From: Thermoleophilaceae bacterium
GTDB taxonomy: Bacteria; Actinomycetota; Thermoleophilia; Solirubrobacterales; Thermoleophilaceae
Direction of reading: 5' to 3'
Assembly: GCA_034664125.1 (NCBI GenBank)
Contig: JAXDIG010000023.1
Coordinates: 4,025-68,024, forward strand
Length of the DNA: 64,000 nucleotides
Shown: one piece after another, positions 58,838 to 64,000 of the stretch
Layout: each line of letters starts with the position of its first letter
How positions within the stretch are numbered: the first letter of the stretch is position 1
Notes under the pieces: generated by a model
Told to the model about the DNA's origin: nothing
Databases searched by the model: none
What the model saw: only the letters and a program-made list of their open reading frames with translations
Program-made: the position numbers and the translations under genes

Positions 58838-58948
58838 CGGGGGTGGGCCCCCGTTCGGGGGTCATGTCTGACGTTCGGGGCCCACCCCCCGGTTCGGGCC
58901 GGCCTTCATTGCTGTCGTTGGCGGAGCTGTCGCCGCCGCGACGTCAGC
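58838..58948. repeat. Hairpin-containing intergenic repeat element, copy B
   Basis: The inverted repeat GGGGGTGGGCCCC (58840-58852) / GGGGCCCACCCCC (58877-58889) flanks the shared 27-mer (58863-58889). Downstream sequence is roughly two-thirds identical to copy A by eye. Confidence 0.8.
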
Positions 58949-58957
58949 GCCAGTCGG

Positions 58958-60385
58958 CTACGCCGGCGCCTGCTCCGGCCGCCGCTCCGCCCACGGCCGG
59001 GCCGCCTCGAGCTGGGCGGCCAGGGCCAGCAGCTGGCCCTCGCCCGCCGGCTTCCCGGCCAGCTGGACGGCGAGCGGCAGGCCGTCCTCGCCGTGGAAGA
59101 GTGGCAGCGAGATCGCCGGTTGGCCGGTCACGTTGAAGACGGCCGTGTACGGCGTGAACTGGCCGGAGCGGCGGAAGTCCTCCCAGGGCTCGTCGCTGCA
59201 GGAGTCGATCTCGCCGATGCGCACCGGGCGCTGGGCGAGGGCCGGGGTGAGCACCACGTCGTACTCGTCCCAGAGCGCCACGATCGCGCGCGAGTACGCC
59301 CCGAGCTGGGTGCGGGCGAGCAGGTAGTCGAGTGCGGTGCGCTGGCGGATGCCCTCCCAGATCGTCCAGGAGAGCGGCTCGACCAGGTCCTCGGCCGGCT
59401 CGCGGCCGGTCACCTGAGCCCCGAAGAACAGGCCCATCGCGATCGGGGTCCCGAACACGAGCGTGAAGACCTGCAGCAGGTCCTGGCCGGCCCACGGGGC
59501 CTCCACCTGCTCCACCTCGTGGCCGAGCGACTGGAGCAACTCGGCGGCGTCGTTGACGGCGCGCTCGCAGGCGGGGTCCAGCGGCGCGGGAATCGCGGCC
59601 GTGGTGGTCACGCCGATCCGAAGCCCGCCCGGCTCGCGCGCGGCGGCCGCGGCGAACGACTCCTCGGGCGGCGGCGCCCAGGTGGCGTCGCCGGGCTCGT
59701 AGCCGGCCAGCACGTCCAGCAGCGCCGCGGTGTCCGCGACCGTGCGCGTGAGCACGCCGTCCTGGACGAGGAAGTCGTCGCCCTGCTCGGGGCCGCGCGA
59801 CACCCGGCCCCGACTCGGCTTCAGCCCGACCAGCCCGCAGCAGGCGGCCGGGATCCGGATCGAGCCGCCGCCGTCGCTGCCGTGGGCGAGCGGCACCATT
59901 CCCGAGGCCACGGCGGCCGCCGCGCCACCGGAGGAGCCGCCCGGGGTGCGTTCGGTGTCCCAGGGGTTGCGCGTGGGCCCGAAGCGGCGCGGCTCGGTGA
60001 CGGGCAGGATCCCGAACTCGGGCAGGTTGGTCTTGCCGACGAGGACGAAGCCGGCATCCCGCAGCCGGCGCACCACGAAGGCGTCGTGTCCGGGGACGAA
60101 GTCGCCGAACACGTCCGAGCCGAGCGTGTACGGCATGCCCGCGACCGCCGCGGTGTCCTTGACGGCGATCGGGACGCCCGCGAAGGGACGCTCGTCACCG
60201 GCCTCGACGGCCTCGGCGGCGGCGATGGCGCCATCGGGGTCCGTGTATACGAAGGCGTTGAGGTCCGGCTGCAGCGCCTCGATCCGCTCGAGACTGGCCT
60301 CGACGAGCTCCCGGGAGCTCACGTCCCCGCCCCGAACGAGGGCGGCGAGCTCGCCGGCCGGCCGAAATAGCAGCTCAGCGTCCAT
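58958..60385 (-). CDS. Amidase-signature family amidase (paralogue of 6676..8046)
   Basis: The signature is GVPIAVKDT and GGSSGGAAAAVASG. Confidence 0.9.
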   Translation of the reverse strand: MDAELLFRPAGELAALVRGGDVSSRELVEASLERIEALQPDLNAFVYTDPDGAIAAAEAVEAGDERPFAGVPIAVKDTAAVAGMPYTLGSDVFGDFVPGHDAFVVRRLRDAGFVLVGKTNLPEFGILPVTEPRRFGPTRNPWDTERTPGGSSGGAAAAVASGMVPLAHGSDGGGSIRIPAACCGLVGLKPSRGRVSRGPEQGDDFLVQDGVLTRTVADTAALLDVLAGYEPGDATWAPPPEESFAAAAAREPGGLRIGVTTTAAIPAPLDPACERAVNDAAELLQSLGHEVEQVEAPWAGQDLLQVFTLVFGTPIAMGLFFGAQVTGREPAEDLVEPLSWTIWEGIRQRTALDYLLARTQLGAYSRAIVALWDEYDVVLTPALAQRPVRIGEIDSCSDEPWEDFRRSGQFTPYTAVFNVTGQPAISLPLFHGEDGLPLAVQLAGKPAGEGQLLALAAQLEAARPWAERRPEQAPA

Positions 60386-60464
60386 GGAGGCGCGAGCCTA
60401 ACGCAGCGCCGCCCCACCCCGAACGGGGGCGAACTCCACGGGGTCTGGCGCCTTATGGGTCGAG

Positions 60465-61424
60465 ATGAACCCAAATAGCGACAGACCCGGAGTGGAGGAG
60501 GCGGTGGCGGCGCTTGCGGGGAGGCAGTACGGCCTCGTTACCCGGGGGCAGTTGCGGGTCGTTGGCGTTGGAGACACGGGAATTCGGGAGCGGCTGCGGA
60601 CCAAGCGCCTGCATCGCCTCCATCGCGGGGTCTATGCGGTCGGCCATTCCGTGCTGCCCTCCAAGGCACACTGGATGGCGGCTGTGCTTGCGTGCGGGGA
60701 CGGCGCGGTGCTCTCGCACGTCGCGGCGGCGGCGCATCATCAGATCAGGCGCAGCGCCGCGTCGATGATCGACGTAACCGTGCCTGGGGCGAACGGACGG
60801 CAAAAGCGCAAGGGCATTCGCATCCATCGCTCCGGCCGCCTGGGCAGCCAAGACGTCACGGTCCACGAGGGCATCCCGGTCACGACCGTCGCCCGGACGC
60901 TGCTGGACCTCGCCGACGTGCTCGACGGACAGGCACTCAAGAGGACCATCGACGAGGCGGAGTACCTACGCGTCTTCGACCTAGCCGCCCTCATTGCCGC
61001 AGTTCAAAACAACCCGGGCCGCCGTGGCGCCAAGCTCATGGCGGCGGCCGAGGGCCCGCCCGAGCTGACCAAGAGCGCCCTAGAGGAGCGCTTCCTCGCG
61101 CTGATCGAGCGCCGCGGCCTGCCGCGGCCACGGGTGGGCGTCCACATCGACGGCTACGAGGTGGACTTCATCTGGCCCGAAGCGAATCTGATCGTCGAGC
61201 TGGACGGCTTCGCCGCCCACGGGACCCGCACCCGCTTCGAGAGCGATCGCGTCCGTGACCGCCGCCTTGCGCGGAAAGGCCTGCAAACGATGAGGTTCAC
61301 CGCGAACGCGCTCGGCTACGACGAGGACGCGATCGCCGAGGAGCTGACCGAGGCGGTCAGCCGCTCCCGTGCCTCCTCGAACCCGTCCAGTCGCGAGAGC
61401 ACCTCGCCGGCCAATGCCAGGTAG
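60465..61424 (+). CDS. AbiEi_4-like N-terminal wHTH + DUF559 (Vsr-like endonuclease fold) protein
   Basis: The N-terminus reads GRQYGLVTRGQLRVVG...RLHRLHRGVYAVGH. The C-terminus reads ERFLALIERRGLPRPRVGVHIDGYEVDFIWPEANLIVELDGFAAHGTR..FE.DR.RD. The C-terminal tail overlaps the convergent parA-like gene. Confidence 0.8.
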   Translation: MNPNSDRPGVEEAVAALAGRQYGLVTRGQLRVVGVGDTGIRERLRTKRLHRLHRGVYAVGHSVLPSKAHWMAAVLACGDGAVLSHVAAAAHHQIRRSAASMIDVTVPGANGRQKRKGIRIHRSGRLGSQDVTVHEGIPVTTVARTLLDLADVLDGQALKRTIDEAEYLRVFDLAALIAAVQNNPGRRGAKLMAAAEGPPELTKSALEERFLALIERRGLPRPRVGVHIDGYEVDFIWPEANLIVELDGFAAHGTRTRFESDRVRDRRLARKGLQTMRFTANALGYDEDAIAEELTEAVSRSRASSNPSSRESTSPANAR

Positions 61425-62119
61425 TCCGTACCGAGATCGGGGGCGTAGTCGAGGATCGACACCCCGCGCTCCGCCGACTCCGCGTAGCGCACGCTGCGCC
61501 GGATCACCGTGTCGAACACCTTCTGGCCGAAGCGCTCGTGCAGCGACTTCAGCGCCTCCCGTGAGTGCACCAGGCGCATGTCGGCGATGTTCAGCACCAC
61601 GCCGAGCCAATCCAGATCCGGGTGGAGTGACTCGCGAGCCAGCTCGACCACCTCCAGCGCCTGCTCCACGCCCTGGAGCGAGAAATACTCCGCCTCGCTC
61701 GTGATCAGCGCGTGATCGGCCGCCACCAGCGCGTTCACGGTCAGCAGCCCCAGCGACGGCGGGCAGTCCACGAGCACCAGGTCGTAGCCGCGCTTGATGT
61801 CGCGCAGCCCGCGCTTCAGCGTCAGCTCCCGCCCCATCTTGCCGCCCAGCACCAGCTCGGCCTCGGCCAGCCCGAGGTTGGCGGGCAAAATGTCCGCGAA
61901 CACCGCGTCGGCCGCCCGGGCCTGGCCGGCGAGCAGGTCGGCCACGGTGGGCGAGGCGTCCGGCGGCACGTCGAAGTAGTCGGACAGGTTGCCCTGGGGG
62001 TCCAGGTCTACGCAGAGCACTTCGAGGCCGCTGCGGCGGTACGCGTCCGCCAGCGTGCGCACGGTAGTCGTCTTCCCCGTGCCGCCCTTCTGCGAGAGGA
62101 CAGTGATCGTCAGGGCCAC
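61316..62119 (-). CDS. ParA/Soj-family ATPase with no adjacent parB
   Basis: The deviant Walker A is SQKGGTGKTTT. The protein also contains DLDPQGN and VLVDCPPSLG. The start is GTG. Confidence 0.9.
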   Translation of the reverse strand: MALTITVLSQKGGTGKTTTVRTLADAYRRSGLEVLCVDLDPQGNLSDYFDVPPDASPTVADLLAGQARAADAVFADILPANLGLAEAELVLGGKMGRELTLKRGLRDIKRGYDLVLVDCPPSLGLLTVNALVAADHALITSEAEYFSLQGVEQALEVVELARESLHPDLDWLGVVLNIADMRLVHSREALKSLHERFGQKVFDTVIRRSVRYAESAERGVSILDYAPDLGTDYLALAGEVLSRLDGFEEARERLTASVSSSAIASSS

Positions 62120-62218
62120 GCTCGGTCCAGCCTACTGCGTGGGTAAAGAGACGTATCATTTGGGCTCGCACCCGTCGCGCGCCCGCTCGAAGAAGGCGCG
62201 GAACCCGAGGAACAACAG

Positions 62219-64000
62219 ATGGCACCCCCCCACGGCCGGGCCGGTCACGGCCTGTACGACCCGACCTACGAGCACGATGCTTGCGGTGTCGCCTTTGTGG
62301 CGCGCCTTGGCGCTCCCGCCTCTCATGAGGTGATTTCGCGCGCGCTCTGGGCGCTCGAGCACCTCGAGCACCGCGGGGCGGAGGGAGCGGACGCCGACAC
62401 CGGCGACGGTGCCGGCATCCTGGTCCAGCTTCCCGACGAGTTGCTGCGCGCGGAGGCGGCCTTCGAGCTGCCCCAGCAGGGCCGCTACGGGGTCGGCGTC
62501 TGCTTTTTGCCCAGCGACGAGTTCGCCCGCGAGCACGCCGAGCGCCTGATCGCCGAAACCGTGGAGGCGGAGGGCCAGATCGTCCTCGGCTGGCGCGACG
62601 TGCCGGTGGATCCGGAGCACTGCGGAACGACGGCGCGCGCGGTCGCCCCCTGTATCCGCCAGTTGTTCGTCGGCGCAAACAGCGGCATCGAGGACCAGGA
62701 CGCCCTGGAGCGCCGCCTCTACGTGATCCGCCGCGTGATCGAGCGTGCCGAGCTGCCCGGCCTCGCGATCGCGGGCTTGTCCAGCAGAACCGTGGTCTAC
62801 AAGGGGATGCTCACCGCCCCGCAGCTGTCCCAGTACTTCCCTGACCTAAAAGACGAGCGGCTCGTCTCGCGCCTGGCCCTCGTCCACTCGCGCTTCTCGA
62901 CGAACACCTTCCCCAGTTGGGAGCTCGCCCACCCGTACCGGATGCTCGCCCACAACGGCGAGATCAACACCCTGCGGGGGAACCGCAACTGGCACCGCGC
63001 GCGCGAGCTGACGCTCGCCTCGCCGCTGTTCGGCGACGACATCGACAAGATCCGCGGCCTGCTGCGCGACGACATCTCCGACTCGGCCTCGCTCGACGGG
63101 CTGATGGAGCTGCTCGTGCTGGGCGGCCGCTCGCCCGCGCACGCGATCTCGATGCTGATCCCCGAGGCCTACCAGGGCCGCCGCGAGCTCAAGCAGGAGG
63201 TGCGCGACTTCTACGCCTACCACTCCTCGCTGATCGAGCCGTGGGACGGTCCGGCGGCTGTCGCCTTCACCGACGGCCGCGTGATCGGCGCCACCCTGGA
63301 CCGCAACGGGCTGCGCCCGGGCCGATGGGTCGTGACCCGCGACGGCTGGGTCGTGCTGGCCTCGGAAACCGGAGTACTGAAGGCGAGCGAGGACCAGATC
63401 GTCGCCAAGGGCCGCCTGCGGCCCGGCAAGGTGTTCCTCGTCGATCTCGAGCGCGACCGGATCGTCCCCGACGACGAGGTCAAGGCCGACCTGGCCCGCC
63501 GGCACCCCTACGGCGAGTGGCTGCACGACCGGGTCGTGCACATCGGGGACCTGCCCGAGAAGAGCCCGCGCGTGCCGCGGGTGGAGCCGCTGCGCGCCAA
63601 GCAGCTCTCGTTCGGCTGGACCGAGGAGGACCTCAAGGTGATCCTCGCGCCGATGGCGCGCGACGCCGCGGAGCCGACCGGCTCGATGGGCAACGACGTG
63701 GCGTTGGCCAGCCTGTCCGATCGGCTGCCGCCCCTGTTCTCCTACTTCAAGCAGCTGTTCGCGCAGGTCACCAACCCGGCGATCGACCCGATCCGCGAGT
63801 CCGTGGTCATGAGCCTGACCGCCTGCATCGGCCCCGAGATCAACCTGCTCGGCGAGACGCCCGACCACTGCCACCAGCTCGTGATGGAGCAGCCGATCCT
63901 GCGCAACTCCGAGCTGGAGAAGCTGCGCCAGGTCGACCACAGCGTCTTCGAGGCGCGCACGATCGACATCACGTGGCCGGTCGAGGCGGGCGAGGCGGGC
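62219..64000 (+). CDS. gltB: Glutamate synthase large subunit, N-terminal part (continues beyond the window)
   Basis: This is my own translation. The ORF is not in the track because it has no stop in the window. It starts MAPPHGRAGHGLYDPTYEHDACGVAFVARLG (Ntn Cys) and contains HSRFSTNTFPSWELAHPYRMLAHNGEINTLRGN and FKQLFAQVTNPAIDPIRE. Confidence 0.93.
   Translation, partial: MAPPHGRAGHGLYDPTYEHDACGVAFVARLGAPASHEVISRALWALEHLEHRGAEGADADTGDGAGILVQLPDELLRAEAAFELPQQGRYGVGVCFLPSDEFAREHAERLIAETVEAEGQIVLGWRDVPVDPEHCGTTARAVAPCIRQLFVGANSGIEDQDALERRLYVIRRVIERAELPGLAIAGLSSRTVVYKGMLTAPQLSQYFPDLKDERLVSRLALVHSRFSTNTFPSWELAHPYRMLAHNGEINTLRGNRNWHRARELTLASPLFGDDIDKIRGLLRDDISDSASLDGLMELLVLGGRSPAHAISMLIPEAYQGRRELKQEVRDFYAYHSSLIEPWDGPAAVAFTDGRVIGATLDRNGLRPGRWVVTRDGWVVLASETGVLKASEDQIVAKGRLRPGKVFLVDLERDRIVPDDEVKADLARRHPYGEWLHDRVVHIGDLPEKSPRVPRVEPLRAKQLSFGWTEEDLKVILAPMARDAAEPTGSMGNDVALASLSDRLPPLFSYFKQLFAQVTNPAIDPIRESVVMSLTACIGPEINLLGETPDHCHQLVMEQPILRNSELEKLRQVDHSVFEARTIDITWPVEAGEAG

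Noticed and set aside
58843-59136. A 97-aa ORF (MGPRSGVMSDVRGPPP...) considered as a small gene duplicated at 30.9 kb.
   Set aside because: The shared peptide reflects a shared nucleotide repeat with hairpin structure. Downstream it runs antisense through the amidase gene, and it has no Shine-Dalgarno sequence.
61316-61424. A 109-nt convergent overlap of the DUF559 gene and the parA-like gene, considered as a possible antisense regulatory arrangement.
   Set aside because: The conserved domains of both proteins end before the overlap. Both tails are probably passive run-on caused by the scarcity of stop codons, and there is no additional supporting signal.
60465-62119. The AbiEi-like/DUF559 protein plus orphan ParA considered as a defence or toxin-antitoxin module.
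   Set aside because: The genes are convergent and so not an operon. No AbiEii nucleotidyltransferase or parB partner is present. DUF559/AbiEi_4 proteins are abundant housekeeping-context genes in actinobacteria. The evidence is insufficient for calling a system.

Overview
The window has very high G+C by eye (not computed) and is densely coding. It looks like a chromosomal core region of a deep-branching actinobacterium, possibly Thermoleophilia or Rubrobacteria-like; this is a guess from composition and gene content. I support about 70 protein genes, one tRNA-Thr(UGU), one ydaO-type cyclic-di-AMP riboswitch, several candidate operator palindromes and several repeat families.

Gene content, left to right:
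- 1-14 kb: a DEDD/GIY-YIG nuclease, then radA-disA-carD-ispD-PHP phosphatase-ispF, an amidase, a NarL-type two-component system, and cysS-rlmB followed by a Bacillus-type sigH.
- 13-15 kb: an L,D-transpeptidase, then a PD-(D/E)XK endonuclease abutting tRNA-Thr.
- 15-25 kb: a PlsC-GpsA fusion, two ECF sigma/anti-sigma pairs, a rhomboid protease and a CNNM/CorC protein.
- 25-37 kb: a fatty-acid beta-oxidation cluster with hbd, a thiolase, four acyl-CoA dehydrogenases, a TetR regulator and an embedded Ser/Thr kinase.
- 38-40 kb: ctaG.
- 40-50 kb: an envelope-stress neighbourhood with pspA-pspAA-cNMP-binding protein, DUF4389, a permease, htpX, riboswitch-M23 peptidase, yibE/F, an S8 protease and lgt.
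- 50-52.5 kb: an ABC-3 metal importer.
- 54-64 kb: lysA-hom-thrC-thrB, a NUDIX hydrolase, a second amidase, a DUF559/AbiEi-like protein, an orphan ParA and the 5' part of gltB.

I found no transposase, integrase, CRISPR array, rRNA or recognisable defence system.

The observations most worth a second look:
1. Three independent cTGA stop/start overlaps where conserved N-termini imply CTG initiation.
2. A perfect LexA-type SOS box over the start codon of an apparently leaderless PD-(D/E)XK endonuclease whose stop codon lies inside tRNA-Thr.
3. A 31-bp perfect direct repeat bracketing a single-gene insertion at the tail of an anti-sigma gene.
4. A c-di-AMP riboswitch in front of an M23 peptidase, with disA in the same window.
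5. A hairpin-containing repeat family at convergent gene junctions.
6. A shared TTGACT-N4-AGTCAA palindrome in front of two beta-oxidation promoters.

Many long ORFs in the supplied track are antisense or off-frame shadows typical of high-GC DNA, and I did not call them.
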